From Chrysomallon squamiferum (taxonomy: Eukaryota > Animalia > Mollusca), in assembly GCA_012295275.1 (NCBI GenBank), contig CM022677.1:26908001-26972000 (forward strand): DNA of 64,000 bases, written 5' to 3'. The translations under genes were made by a program, and so were the position numbers. Within the stretch, counting starts at the first letter, position 1, and each line of letters begins with the position of its first letter. Below are positions 43,476 through 57,520 of this stretch, one piece after another. Below the pieces are notes generated by a model. The model was given only the letters and a program-made list of their open reading frames with translations, was not told the DNA's origin and searched no databases.

Positions 43476-43742
43476 TTACTTAGAAGCGGGAATGGCGGAG
43501 ACTCGAACTCGCGGCATGAGAACCTGTTTGCTTGAGAGACGTTTTCTGATCATTCTCTGACTGGCTGGGGAGTCGTCTTCCTCCTCCTCCTCTGCGGCTG
43601 GCGGAACAATCAGTTTGAACTTGTAGATTCCCAGGTCGAAGCAGCCGAAGATGTACTTGCCTGGACCCGCAGGTGTCCGGCCCAGCAGAAAGTTAGCAAA
43701 GATCTGCTCATAGCCGTCCAGGTCCAGCTCATAGAAGCCATT
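43476..43742 (-). CDS. SCP-A last exon (sarcoplasmic Ca-binding/calexcitin-like EF-hand protein)
   Basis: gaacag acceptor, 267 nt, phase 0. Encodes NGFYELDLDGYEQIFANFLLGRTPAGPGKYIFGCFD...RKRLSSKQVLMPRVRVSAIPASK*. PGKYIFG resembles the calexcitin/SCP C-terminus. Confidence 0.88.
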   Translation of the reverse strand, partial: NGFYELDLDGYEQIFANFLLGRTPAGPGKYIFGCFDLGIYKFKLIVPPAAEEEEEDDSPASQRMIRKRLSSKQVLMPRVRVSAIPASK

Positions 43743-43852
43743 CTGTTCACGAATAAGAGAACCAAGAAATGTCACAAACTGATAAACTGATGAAGTAGTG
43801 ATGGATAAATGGAAGGCTGTGTAAATGATTCTGTTCGGTACACGAATAAGAG

Positions 43853-44165
43853 GATGAAGAAATGATGAGGTCACAAACTGATGAAGAAATGATGAGGTCA
43901 CAAACTGATGAAGAAATGATGAGGTCACAAACTGATGAAGAAATGATGAGGTCACAAACTGATGAAGAAATGATGAGGTTACAACCTGATGAAGAAATGA
44001 TGAAGCCACAAGCTGATGAAGAAATGATGAGGTCACAAACTGATGAAGAAATGAGGAGGTCAATAAGAGAATCAAGAAATGATGAGGTCACAAACTGATG
44101 AAGAAATGATGAGGTTACAAACTGATGAAGAAATGATGAAGCCACAAGCTGATGAAGAAATGATG
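43853..44165. repeat. 27-bp minisatellite in the SCP-A last intron
   Basis: Unit atgaagaaatgatgaggtcacaaactg, ~11 copies. Confidence 0.9.
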
Positions 44166-44462
44166 GATAAATGGAAGGTTGTGTAAATGATGGATGCGTA
44201 GGCTGAACGTTGGAAAGTTAGATGGTTGCTTGTTCATTGTGTAGTTCGCGTGCGTTTATGATGTGATATATATTTGCGTACGTGCGTGCGAAATTATACA
44301 AATATAATTTCCTTCATGTTTTGTTAATCATCATGTCTGTTCGTGGCTGTCTGTATGTTTGTGTGTATGTGTGCGTATGTGTGTGTCTGCGTGTTGTGAT
44401 TGCTTGTGTGCGTGTGTGGTGGCGTGCGTGCGTGCGTGCGTGTGTGTGTGTTCGTTTCTCAC

Positions 44463-44575
44463 ATCAGTCATTTCCTGCATGGCTCTCTTTGCTTTAACTC
44501 GAGCTTCTGTCGGGTGAATCTTGACAAAGTTCTCGTAGAAATTTCTCATTTCTTCCTCACTAATGATCCCATCCT
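44463..44575 (-). CDS. SCP-A exon 5
   Basis: 113 nt, phase 1-0. Encodes (E)DGIISEEEMRNFYENFVKIHPTEARVKAKRAMQEMTD and completes the canonical EF loop DRNEDGIISEEE. Confidence 0.9.
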
Positions 44576-45130
44576 CTGTGAAAAATGTCAGAAGCTTTTA
44601 GAAGGTTTTATGTATCTAATGGTGACAATAATTTTTGTTATAATCGACAGGTTTGCGATAGTCTAACGGTGATAGTAATTTTGTTAATTACCATAGCTAC
44701 ACAATGTTTGATAGTCTAAAGCTGTATTATGAAAATTTTTACATTAATTTTGGTCATTATCGACAGCTTTGCTGTAGTCTCATAGTGACAACAATTTTGT
44801 AATTATCGTAGCTACGATAGCTTAGCGATAATCTAATTTTGACGATCGTTTTGGTAAGTATCGACAGTTTTGCGATAGACTAACCGTAACAATACTTTTT
44901 TAACTATCGAAGTTAAGACAGCTTTGATAGTGTAATATGACAGTAATCTTGAAAATTATCGACAGCGTTGCAGTAGTCTAATGTTAGTACTAATCGTAGC
45001 TATGTAACAGTGTAATACTAAAACTGACGTTTTGTGATTGTGTTGTATTTCGGTTTTGCAGTAGAGTTACCATGGTTACGTTAACGTGTTTATGGTGGTT
45101 AGTTGTAAAGCAGTCAGAACTGTTAGTTAC

Positions 45131-45259
45131 CGTTTCTGTCTATAATCTTGAAGAGAGTCTGAGGAAGAAGTCGCAGCCATACGGGGAAGTCTTGCATGGA
45201 CATCGCCCCGGGCAGCAGCCTCTCCCACAGGTGAAACCACTTCGACGTGTCGATCCCAG
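45131..45259 (-). CDS. SCP-A exon 4
   Basis: 129 nt, phase 1-1. Encodes GIDTSKWFHLWERLLPGAMSMQDFPVWLRLLPQTLFKIIDRN. Confidence 0.9.
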
Positions 45260-45307
45260 CTGCAAGAGTCAAAACTAAACAGTTACACTTGTAAACTTCA
45301 GCTCTCA

Positions 45308-45406
<99 letters not shown>

Positions 45407-45592
45407 GTCTCTGTCTCTCTGTCTCTCTGACTCTGTGTCTCTCTCTCTCTCTCTATGTGTGTTGTGTGTATATGTGTTTGTCTTATAACACATACAGACT
45501 AATAAAACGATAGATAGATAGAAACAGACATACAGATAGACAGATTATGTATGTGTGCATGTATGTGTTTGTTAATGTATGTATTCAAACAC

Positions 45593-45687
<95 letters not shown>

Positions 45688-45763
45688 GTCTCTCTCTCTC
45701 TCTCTCTGACTCACTGACTAACTAAATAAATAAACAGAATTTGCTGATTAAAAGAAAACTTAC

Positions 45764-45878
45764 AGTTGCCATCTTCGTCAGCTTTCTCGAACAGAACCTC
45801 AAAAAAAGTTTCATAGACTTCACGAACCTGATGAGCATGAAACGAATCTTTGCTCCATCCCGTAAAATTTAGTATATT
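45764..45878 (-). CDS. SCP-A exon 3
   Basis: 115 nt, phase 0-1. Encodes NILNFTGWSKDSFHAHQVREVYETFFEVLFEKADEDGN; paralogous to SCP-B exon 3. Confidence 0.88.
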
Positions 45879-45882
45879 CTAA

Positions 45883-45939
<57 letters not shown>

Positions 45940-46028
45940 TAACAACTACAACAACAACAACAACCATAATACTAATAGCAACAACAACAATAATAATTGA
46001 ACGGTTGTTACTATCTTAGCAAGAACTT

Positions 46029-46166
<138 letters not shown>

Positions 46167-46184
46167 TTATGCAGAACGAAATAC

Positions 46185-46237
46185 CTGAACAATACCATCC
46201 AAGTCATCTTTTTCTATCAAACCATTTTCATTAGAAT
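46185..46237 (-). CDS. SCP-A exon 2 (EF-hand 1 loop)
   Basis: 53 nt, phase 1-0. Encodes (D)SNENGLIEKDDLDGIVQ. Confidence 0.88.
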
Positions 46238-46494
46238 CTGCAAAATAATAATAACAATAATAGCGTGATAATGAGTAAAATTTTATTTTTATTTTAAAGA
46301 TAGTGTTAGACTGAAACAGAGAAAACGAGAAAAACAACGGATTACAATAACAAAACGAGTCAGCAGAGAGAGTGAAGACAGAGAAAGATAGATTATATAT
46401 TAAAAATATTCAGAGAAAACTGTATTAATAACAGAATGATCAGAAAGGAAGATTAAATAAAACAAGAGTGAAAACCAGCAACTGCAGTACATAC

Positions 46495-46549
46495 CAAAAC
46501 ATTTAAAGTAAAACTGAAACTTTTCTTTCTGAAATTCAGATAACTCCAT
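46495..46549 (-). CDS. SCP-A alternative first coding exon 1b
   Basis: 55 nt, MELSEFQKEKFQFYFKCF-G|gtatgt. Confidence 0.8.
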
Positions 46550-46997
46550 TTCGTGAATGAAGACTATGAAATATTTTTCAAAACTTTTTTAACAGTCGAC
46601 GAGGCTGCTGTTTCACAGTGCAGGATTGAAAAGAAGAAATATGTTTAGATATATATATATGTATAAACAAATAGTCTGAACAAGAGACTCACTTTACAGA
46701 AATACACTGCGTTGTCTATAAAGTAAGTGTCATGCATTGTACCTGCTCAGTTTACTTATTTTTAGACTATTTGTTTGAAAAGAAAAGAAAATAGGTTATG
46801 TTTGGATTGGAGTACGCGGGTACTATGTGAGTAAATCGTGATGTAATGAATACGCACACAGACAAACAGACAGACACAAGAGAGAAAGGAACAGAGTAAG
46901 AATAAGAAAGAGAGACGGAGAATGGGAGGAACAGATAGAGAGAAAGGAAGAGAAACTCAGGATAGAGGGAAGGATGAACAACGAGAGAGAAACAGAG

Positions 46998-47113
<116 letters not shown>

Positions 47114-47132
47114 AGTATTACACAGAACTTAC

Positions 47133-47187
47133 CAAACAGTTTGAAATAGTAGTTAAGTTTCTGTTTCTGGAAGTCCGACAAACTCAT
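47133..47187 (-). CDS. SCP-A alternative first coding exon 1a
   Basis: 55 nt, MSLSDFQKQKLNYYFKLF-G|gtaagt, preceded by acceptor ttctgcag at 47195-47196. Confidence 0.85.
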
Positions 47188-48350
47188 CTTACGTCTGCAG
47201 AATAAAAAGGAAAAAACATTTTACAAAAAACATTATACAAAATGTAACTGTAGGTTTTGAATAATTCAACAACGACTAATCTTAAAGGTCTCTGAAACTA
47301 CACATCAGTAAGCGTTCTGAAACTACACATATCAGTAAGCGTTAGTCCTTGGGCACAATGAAATATGCGTTTAACTTACAATGAAAAAGTTTACATCGAT
47401 CGTAAGTTGTACATTTTATTATTATAATTAGTAACAGTTAACTTGAATTATAAAACTGAATAGTTTTATAGATCAGTTCAGTAATAATAGAAAGCTGTTA
47501 CTGAGACATTCTTTTGTGTGTGTGTGTGTGTGTGTGTGTTTGTGTGTGTGTTTGTAACGCGTACTCATATACATACTTTGAGATTTTACTGTAAACAACT
47601 GATTTTCTCAGTCACGATATACCTGTAACTCTTATGGAAACTACATATTCTACACACATTATAATAAAGGATTGAAAATAAATAAACTGTAAATTAAGTG
47701 AATGCACACACATATATATATATGGATATACTAATACATACACAAACATACATATATTATTATAAACGGATGGAAATTATTTCAGTAATGTTAGCCTGTA
47801 TTTAGACGCTGTTTCGGCGACAATTTGTTTGGTTTTTAATATCGTTATTACGGGAATATTACTTTTTCAAAGAAAATTATTCATTCTTTTTCTGGTTGTT
47901 CAAAATATATGAGTTTTTCTTCGTTTTATACTTTTTTTCTTTCTTTTTCCTTCTTTCATGATTTTGTAAATAAAATTCGAAACCGCCATATTTGTCTCGA
48001 GTCAGCAAGATTATCTCCCCTTTATCTACAGCCGGAACCGCCCTAAATGTGAAAAGAAGTCTGAGCAGTTAACTGTCGTTAACGGTGACCTCTGACCCCT
48101 GACCCCTGACCCCTGGTAAACATCCGATACTGAGAAATGAATTTTATTTCACACTCGGCTCTCGTTACTGCAGACGCAGCAGTAATAGGCTGCTGACGTC
48201 ACAAAGGTTTGCGCCGTGTGAAAAGATCTGATATTGCACGGCACGACTAAAAGTCGGTGATAAAGATCTGTATTTTCTTTTAGAATTACTTTCTTTTTTT
48301 TATTATTGTATAGTTTTAAATTCATTATACAACTGATGTTGTTGTTATAC

Positions 48351-48414
<64 letters not shown>

Positions 48415-48415
48415 C

Positions 48416-48447
<32 letters not shown>

Positions 48448-48514
48448 TATATTATTATTATTATATTATTATTATTAGTATTATTATTATATTATTATTA
48501 TTATTATTGTTATT

Positions 48515-48546
<32 letters not shown>

Positions 48547-48578
48547 CATCATTATTCATTATTCATCATCATCATCAT

Positions 48579-48639
<61 letters not shown>

Positions 48640-49174
48640 CAATAGCAACAAGAAGAAGTATAAAGATAAAGTTATCGGAATCTCATGCCATTATACATTT
48701 ATGAATAAATTAACTTTCTTTCTGTCGTATAATGTTGTAACTAGGGCAGTACAGGACAGGGTTGTTTTTCAAGTGTGAAAACTAAACTGGAGCGTACTAT
48801 ATATATATATATTTAATATATTTTCTCTGACTTGCATAAAAACGAGTCACCCGTTATTGACATTTATGTGTTTAGGTAAGCGACCTTGGTACAGTTTTTA
48901 GAAGCGAAAACCAGTTGACTCTTTTTTAATTTTGTTGTTTTCCTTTCAGAAAAGGAGTTTTAAAAAGTAAATAAATAAATAAATAAATAAATAACGATGT
49001 ATGTAGGTGATGTAGTTCAGTAAAAACAAAAAGTCTGTTAAAATACTCGTAAGCCAGGACAGGGTGTCTGCAATACTCCTTGGTTTGTTGCTAGAGTAAT
49101 CAAAACAACAAAACAACAACAACAGCAACAACAACAAAAAACAATACCAGGAACAAAAACAACAAAATAATCCA

Positions 49175-49235
<61 letters not shown>

Positions 49236-49715
49236 TGATGATGATAATGATGACAACAACAATAACAATAAACAATAATAAAGAAAGAAAATTAATTGTT
49301 GTAGTAGTAGTAGTAGTGATAGTAGTAGTGGTAATAATAATAATAACAATAATAATAACAACAAGAAAATATCATTGTGAAATAAATAAAACAACTACAA
49401 CGATGATGACAAATTCTACGTTAGTACGATGTACGCGTCTGAATTTATTTATGTTTTGTGGTTTCAAATTCAAATTCTTGTTGACAGTTGACATGCACTG
49501 TGTGTTTTTGGTGTGGAGTATTAGTTAAATGCAGCGTGTGTAATGTGTGCACCAAAACATCTGCCGTGACAGAAATAGCACTGAATAAACTTACAAGTCA
49601 GCGCTAATCGTAAACTGACACACATTTATCACAGTCGTAGACGTCGTCTGTTTGAAATATCAGCGCTCATTTGTAATTAATATTATTAATAGCAACAACA
49701 GCAGCAAGACAAACA

Positions 49716-49798
<83 letters not shown>

Positions 49799-49989
49799 GA
49801 AGTAATAGTAGTGGTAGTTGCTGTAGTATTTGTTTTGTGGTTGTAGTAGTTATATTATTGTAGCTGGTTGTTACGTAGTGGTAGTCACAGGAGTAACAAC
49901 AACCGCAGCAGCAGTAGTAATAGTGAGTATGTGTTGTTGTTGTTGTTATTGCTACTATTTGAATTGTTTTATATATCTATATATATCTT

Positions 49990-50071
<82 letters not shown>

Positions 50072-50418
50072 TAAAAAAAAAAAATTGAAATAAAAAGCAG
50101 CCGTGTTTCGTTCTTTTAATTAAATATTATTCAGTTTTTAAGGTACAAAGATATTAACTGTTTTACTAACACACGCACGCACACACATACTGACACTCAC
50201 ACACATATATATTTACATACAACAAAGTTGAATGAGAAAGAGGCTGTCTACGTGTACTGTGACCCAGTTGGTCTTGAACTGTTAGTAAAATGATCCGGTC
50301 AGTGACCCCAGTCTACGTCACAGTGACAGAAAACAGACCACAGAACTAGCAACGTCTCACACACCAGCCAAACAACAACCATCAGCGGTTACAGGCTTCA
50401 TGTCATCATAAGGAAGGT

Positions 50419-50465
<47 letters not shown>

Positions 50466-51320
50466 TTCCTCCCCCAACCACAAATAATGAAAGAAAGAAT
50501 ATAAGAATGAATGATTTCAACGCTAAATATCACAGATGTTCTAACACTGACAGACATTGTAACAGTCACAAATAAAGTAATTTGTATAATAATAAAGAAA
50601 GGTAACCTCGTTGTCCACAAAGACATAGATTCTACATCATCAGCAATAACTATTCATATCGAATGTCCGCAGAAAGGCTCAGATGTGATGACCTTGTAAA
50701 ACCAGTGAAGTAGAAAGTGGGTATCGGAGACACAGACCTAGTGACGTACGTGTCTACTTGTGTAGCGATTCTCTTAAACCTTTTATTGCATCTTTATGAC
50801 ATACTGATATTAATACAACACAGACGATACATCATGTTTTGTTTCACGTTGAGATTACCTATTAAACTGTTTTTTATTTATTTATTTATTATTATTATTA
50901 TTTTTGATTAAACGTTATGCTTGTGAGAAACTACTATCGTATATGATATATTTCTAATGATATTTTGACTTTCCTACAGACTGCCTCAGACTGTTATTTT
51001 TGTTGTTGTTATTCTTCTTCTTCTTCTAATTATTTTTATTATTATTATTATATGGTTTTAAATTCATTATACAAGTGATGTTGTTGTTGTACTTATTATT
51101 ATCATCATCATCATCATCATCATCAATATTATTATTATGTTGCTGTTGATGCTATTTTAATACTGTTGTGACTTTATGATTACTGTACGATCCAAATAAT
51201 TAAGTGGGGCTACGTCTGATTTCAAAAGACGTAGACAGATACGTCAACACTCAAGAATCACATTCAGAAGTCTTAACTGATTCATAGACAAAGATACACG
51301 TAAATCATTGTGAAATCACT

Positions 51321-51452
<132 letters not shown>

Positions 51453-52083
51453 ATATAAATATATATAAACATATAGGTTTGTTTTTCTTTACTACTCTCT
51501 CAAAAAGGTTTGTTTTTGTTTACTACTTCATGTATTAATATTTAACACAAATAAAAATACTAGAACAGATTCACAATTATTACAAATAATATTAAAAATA
51601 CGAATTAAAATGTATTATTAATACGTTACACAAACGTGTGCTTACCTGTGTATGAAGTCTTGGAGGAAACTGAAGACACCTGATTCTCAGCGAGGTTCTG
51701 AGTCTGGACTGTGTTGTGAGTTCGACACGGTGTTAACTTGATAGACAGAACGATTCTTTACACTACAATAGTTTAGAATAACGCAGCTTGAAGCAGCAAC
51801 TTTCATAACTCGGTCACTGGTTACAGCTGAGTGAACATGTGTGTAATCCAAGAGTGCATTTTACTCGTGTCGCTGAATTTAATTTCGTGAATGCTATTTT
51901 ATTATTGTTAAAGGTGTTTCTATGGACTCCAAGGTGCATGGTATATTTTAAAGGTACTACAAACTGAAACTTGTGAAAAGGGAAAACAAACAGACGAAAC
52001 ATCAAAACGACAACACAAGAACATTAAAAAAAAAAAAAAAAAAAAAAAAAAATAAAAAAAAGATATATATATATAAATTATTG

Positions 52084-52148
<65 letters not shown>

Positions 52149-54144
52149 CTGGCTGGAAATTACATTTTATTTATTTATCTTTGTTAACAGTGTTTAAGGT
52201 TAAACTAAATTATTTGAAAGACAGATAGTTTTGTAATTTCGTTTTTTCGAACCTCGCTATTGGGGTCAGTCTGTTTGAATTATACCACAAACCTGCCGCA
52301 TTCTCGTTTGGTCCTTCTCAGTTTAGGAATTATCTCAAGGTCAGCTTTGTGACATTTGGAATTTGATACGTTTGAGAAGTCACAACATTTCAGTCAGGTT
52401 GTTAATACAACAGATGCGCTGATGTAGAATGTTAGTGTAGAAAAGGGCTACGGACAGGAAAGCGGATTGAGAACAGGATCGGATTTTGGGGAGGGATTTA
52501 CATGTCTACTGTTATTTGTTTGTTTGTTCCATCTTTTTATTATTATAACAGTGATCTTCTTATTATTATTTATTTATTTATTTATTTTCCTTTCTTTCTT
52601 TTTTAATTGACGTATTCTTTGTTTCGAACCGTTACTACTTATTTCCCGATCTAGCTTTGGCTCCCACATCTGATTCACCCGATGAATGACACACATGAAT
52701 ATACAAACACAACCTTTTAGTTCATTCTTAATTTTAACTATACAACCAAAACTATAGACGCCGCCCTCTTAGGAATTGGAAAATACTGAATTTGGCCTCA
52801 GATTTCAGATAACTGTACTGTTTTCAGCAGAGTATACTCTGTGACGTAACCAGTGTGCAGAGACTGAACAGTCGGAGCGCCGGTCAGTGAGTTACCTCCC
52901 CTTCGTAGGAACCCGGATATCGGAACCACTAATCTCCTGAGCAGGTTTCAAGCTGTCGTCATCTTTCCCGCTAATATCGCATTCCTCCGTCAGCGACGAC
53001 GTAGTCAGCGACGTTTACAAGCCTCAAACATCCGGCCACGCCGACCTGCTAGGAGACATGACCTATTTTTAGCATGCACCATCGTCACCATCGTCACCAT
53101 CGTCACCATCCTCACCATTGTCACCATCATCATCTCCGTGTACAAGCAGAGGACGACGGCTCCAGTGGACAAAGCATCAGCGGAGAAATTCCTCTTTACC
53201 GCGATTCAGCTGGACAGTTGCTGCTGAGCTCGTACCACAGTGCACCATAGGGGGCAGGCTTACAGATGGGGATGGGGGATGACGTAGACGTTGGAGACAG
53301 TGTTGTGGTTTGTGAGGTAATATCCGGGTGAAGTGTAATTGTATCCACGTCACTGATGGAAACCTCACAAGAACACGCTACTGTGACAAAATCGTTGATC
53401 CCGACGTAAATCTTCACGACATGAGTCGACTGCACTGAACATGTAGAATAATTCTAAAATAAATGAATTGTGATAAAATCGGGTTTCCGTCATTGATAAT
53501 AATTTGTGTCATCACTGTTACTAATGACTGGCTCACTGTGAGATCATGTTTCTGCTAGCGTTTGATGACGTCACAATAGAGAATTTTTGTATTCAGTAAA
53601 CACTTGATACTGCTCCTAAATACTGCCAACCGGACAGATACTAAATGGACTATGAAAGCATGAAAGACTTCACACATATTCCAAAGTGATGCTGTGGATA
53701 TGACAGTTAAAAAAAAATAAAAAAAAAAAAAAAAATACCTTCATACATATATGACATACATACATACTCATGCATACGTATATTTTATAATACACTGCGT
53801 ACATATACTGCCTAGAGTGCATCTGTTTATTATATCACTGCATGTATGCACCCGTCAAACCCTTCAAACCCTTCCATCCACGTTAAGTGTAATAGTCCAG
53901 ATTAACCAGTAAATAAACCATAGAATATCGTCTGATAATGTCCCGCCTATCAGCCCGTCAGAAAGAGGCTGGGTACTGAGTACAGTGACACCAATGTAGC
54001 AGACGTTTTAGCTGCAGTCAAAGCACAGAGACTCGTTTGCAGGCCACGTAAATAACACACATTAACTAACTTACGTTTTGGTCCATATTTATTACTGAGC
54101 ACTCGATACCACACAAAGTGAACACACTTTGCAATTAACGTGTG

Positions 54145-54381
54145 TTAGTGCGGTATGGCTTGCAGTTTCACTTGGGGTACCTTTATGATTTCGAGTGACA
54201 AACGTCTCTGTTGGATTTTGACGTCATCATCTTCTGTGTGAGGCATCACCAGTTTGAACTTGTAAGCTGGAAGATCGAAACAGCCAAAGATGTATTTGCC
54301 GGGCCCAACACCAGTTTTTCCTAGAAGGAAGTTGGCGAAGATCTGCTGGTACAAGTCTATGTCTAGTGTGTACATTCCTTT
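54145..54381 (-). CDS. SCP-B last exon (EF-hand SCP/calexcitin-like paralog)
   Basis: tttcag acceptor, 237 nt. Encodes KGMYTLDIDLYQQIFANFLLGKTGVGPGKYIFGCFD...QRRLSLEIIKVPQVKLQAIPH*. Confidence 0.88.
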   Translation of the reverse strand, partial: KGMYTLDIDLYQQIFANFLLGKTGVGPGKYIFGCFDLPAYKFKLVMPHTEDDDVKIQQRRLSLEIIKVPQVKLQAIPH

Positions 54382-54760
54382 CTGAAACAAAACAAAAAGA
54401 AGCAATAAGACTTGGATGGAATTTATGGATGATTCTATTGTTTTGTTGTTAATTTAATTTCATCTCGTTTATGATGAACTCGAAGCAAACTGGTTTATCT
54501 ATGCGTCATGATGTCACGATTACAGAAAACAAATAAATTGGACGCCTTAGATATGTTTAAACACTTATGTTTGATCTACATAAATAAATAAAATGAAGTA
54601 AAATAAAGTAAGAAGAAAAGAAATAATAGAAGTTAAATTAAGTTAAATGAAATCATATCAAATTAAATTAAATTAAATTAAATTAAACTGAATTAATTTA
54701 AAATATAAATCAATTCACAGTATAGTTAGATATAGTCTTCGTTACCACGAAACTTACACT

Positions 54761-54858
54761 TTAAACTACCCACTAATTAAACTACCCACTAATTAAACTA
54801 ACCACTAATTAAACTAACCACTAATTAAACTAACCACTAATTAAACTACCCACTAATT
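54761..54858. repeat. 16-bp tandem repeat x6
   Basis: Unit ttaaacta(c/a)ccactaa. Confidence 0.85.
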
Positions 54859-54943
54859 GTTCTATAACTGAAATACAACTTGCTGAACGGAAAGCGAGGT
54901 ATTAAAGAGAAATCACTGAGTGGAACTGCAACACAACACGTAC

Positions 54944-55056
54944 GTCAGTCATCTCGTCCATAGCAAGTTTCCCCTTTTGTTTAGCGTCCTCCAAATCCAG
55001 TTTCACAAACTCCGCGTAGAACTGCGTTAGTTCGTCTTGGTCTATGCGACCATCAT
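54944..55056 (-). CDS. SCP-B exon 5
   Basis: 113 nt. Encodes (D)DGRIDQDELTQFYAEFVKLDLEDAKQKGKLAMDEMTD; EF loop DRNDDGRIDQDE. Confidence 0.9.
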
Positions 55057-55763
55057 CTGAAAACAGTTTAAAATGTATCAGCTGAAATGTTTTAATACTT
55101 TTCAAAAAGGTTAAAATGTGTTTTGATAATGTTAATAAATATATTCAAAAAGCATGGTTAAAAATATTTTGTAAAACCTCATTTAAAATTAATTTTATTT
55201 ATTTATTTATTATATTTTATTCGTTTATTTATTCTTATTTATTTATACTTCTTTGTTTATTTATTTACTTATTTGTTTATATAATACTTTCTACACTAGT
55301 CTATTTAGTTACTGTAACAGGCAATGTTAGGAACACGTGTATTAAACATAATTGTTTCTGTCGTCATAAGAACGCTCGTGATACACGTCATAATCAGCCA
55401 TAGAAACCCGATGATGACTAAGACGTCACAATGTCGATATTACTTGTAAACTGATCAAGTTTAACTTTTTACTACTGTCATTTCTAAACTGACAACGTTG
55501 AAGTTTAAGTTGCCTTGATTATAACGTTTAAGATTTTGTTGTTGTTGTTTTTTTACTTTTGATATAACTCATAAATAGTTTAAGACTAGTTATGTAACTG
55601 TATTAACACAATATATTCCAAACGTTTGCAAAACTTTTTGACTTGTTATATAAACTGCATGAACTCACTCACACAGACACTTTATCATCATTATTACTAT
55701 CATCATCGTCATCATCATCATCATCATCGTCATCATCGACGTATAACGCTAGGTGAGTCTTAC

Positions 55764-55892
55764 CGTTTCTGTCAATCACTCTGAAAAGTGTTTTCGGCAA
55801 CAGACGGAGCCAGACAGGAAAGTCACACAAAGACATAGCGCCAGGCAGAAGTTTCTCCCACAGACAAAACCACTCTGACAGCGAGACGGAAG
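55764..55892 (-). CDS. SCP-B exon 4
   Basis: 129 nt. Encodes SVSLSEWFCLWEKLLPGAMSLCDFPVWLRLLPKTLFRVIDRN. Confidence 0.9.
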
Positions 55893-55911
55893 CTGAAGCA
55901 ATAGTTACAAC

Positions 55912-55996
55912 AGTAATAGTAATAGTGATAGTGATAGTGATAGTGATAGTGATAGTGATAGTGATAGTGATAGTGACGGTGACGGTGACGGTGACG

Positions 55997-56053
<57 letters not shown>

Positions 56054-56226
56054 AGGTGAGGGCGAGGGCGGGGCGAGGGCGAGGGCGAGGGCGAGGGCGA
56101 GGGCGATGGTGAGGGTGATGGTGAGGGTGAGGGTGAGGCTGAGGGCGAGGGCGAGGGCGAGGGCGAGGGCGAGGGCGAGGGCGAGGGCGAGGGCGATGGT
56201 GATGGTGATGGTGAGGGTGAGGGTGG
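55912..56226. repeat. Graded hexanucleotide compound microsatellite
   Basis: gtaata > gtgata > gtgacg > gtgagg > gcgagg. Confidence 0.92.
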
Positions 56227-56505
56227 TGGCTTTAATGACGACGACAACAACGATGACGAAGGAAGTGACTGTCACAACGATGATAAAGATGATAATACTT
56301 ATGACAACCATAATTTTGATAATTATAATGAAAATGATGATAATCATAATCATAATGATGATGATGCTAACGATAATAATATAACAACAACAACAACAAA
56401 TACAAATTCAAAAAACTAAATAATTATAACAAAACCAATGACAGTAATGATGATGATGATGATGATGATGATAAGAAGAAAAAGACGACGTACGTAATAA
56501 CTCAC

Positions 56506-56626
56506 GATTTTCCTTTTTCGTTTTCTTTGCTTTCTCAAAAAGTACTTCAAAAAATACTTCATGTACTTCTTGTATTTCTTTAGCAGGACTGCTATCTTCT
56601 GTCCATCCCGTGTACTTCAGCAGGTC
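56506..56626 (-). CDS. SCP-B exon 3
   Basis: 121 nt, phase 0-1. Encodes DLLKYTGWTEDSSPAKEIQEVHEVFFEVLFEKAKKTKKEN. Confidence 0.88.
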
Positions 56627-57467
56627 CTGTAAATTAGATTGATAGATTCTGTACATTATGTTTAAATCTATCTTGTAAACTGACAATGCTGATGTTATTA
56701 ATACTTTTGAGAGGCTAATACTTTGAATTATTGTAACTAATAACGTATCTTTTGTTAGAATTTTGACGTTAGTTATAAAATGATAACTTGTAAGTACTTT
56801 GATATCTCCTGTAAATTTGTAACGTTTAAATCATTTATACAGATAAGTTACGCTGTCAGTACTTGCTGTTATTTGTAAATTAATAACGTTTAAATTAGTA
56901 TCCACTTAAAAATTCCGGCCAACTGGTAAGTTAAGCTGCCAGTATTTCGTTTACAATTCAGAAACTGGTAACGATTAAGTTGCTAGAACTTTGATATTAC
57001 TTGTAAAATTTATCACATTTCTACTACTTTGATCTATCTTGTAAATTAATATCGTTCAAGCTATTCATTTCTTGATTATAACGCATACGACTATCTTACT
57101 TCGGATATAACTTGTAAATAGTATAATAGTAGCAGTCTGCTGATCATACAAATGTGGTTGCATAGTACAGCATAGTTTGTGTACTTTTAACCTTTCGGGT
57201 CAGTAGTAAGAAGAAACAAGAAGAAAAAGATAGTAGTAGTTGAAGTAGTTTCATTAGTTGTAGTAGTAATAGTAGTAGTAGTAATAGTAGCAGTAGTTCT
57301 AGTTGTAGTAGTAGTAGTAGCAATAGTAATAGTAGGTGGTAGTAGTAGTGGCGGTAGTTAGTATTAGTTGCAGTAGTATTATTATTATTATTAGTAGTAG
57401 CAATAGTAGTAATAATAGTAGATTATATGAAGTCCAGTCGATTTAATAAACAAAGAAAAGAAAAAAC

Positions 57468-57520
57468 CTTCATTATGCCTTTAAAATCACATTTCTCCAA
57501 CAAACCATTGGCGTCTGAAT
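57468..57520 (-). CDS. SCP-B exon 2 (EF-hand 1 loop)
   Basis: 53 nt. Encodes (D)SDANGLLEKCDFKGIMK; weak donor gttttt. Confidence 0.82.

Noticed and set aside
43743-44075. N-terminal extension of the 199-aa ORF with (TSSFLHQFV)n
   Set aside because: Intronic 27-bp minisatellite; the SCP-B paralog places the acceptor at the position equivalent to 43743.
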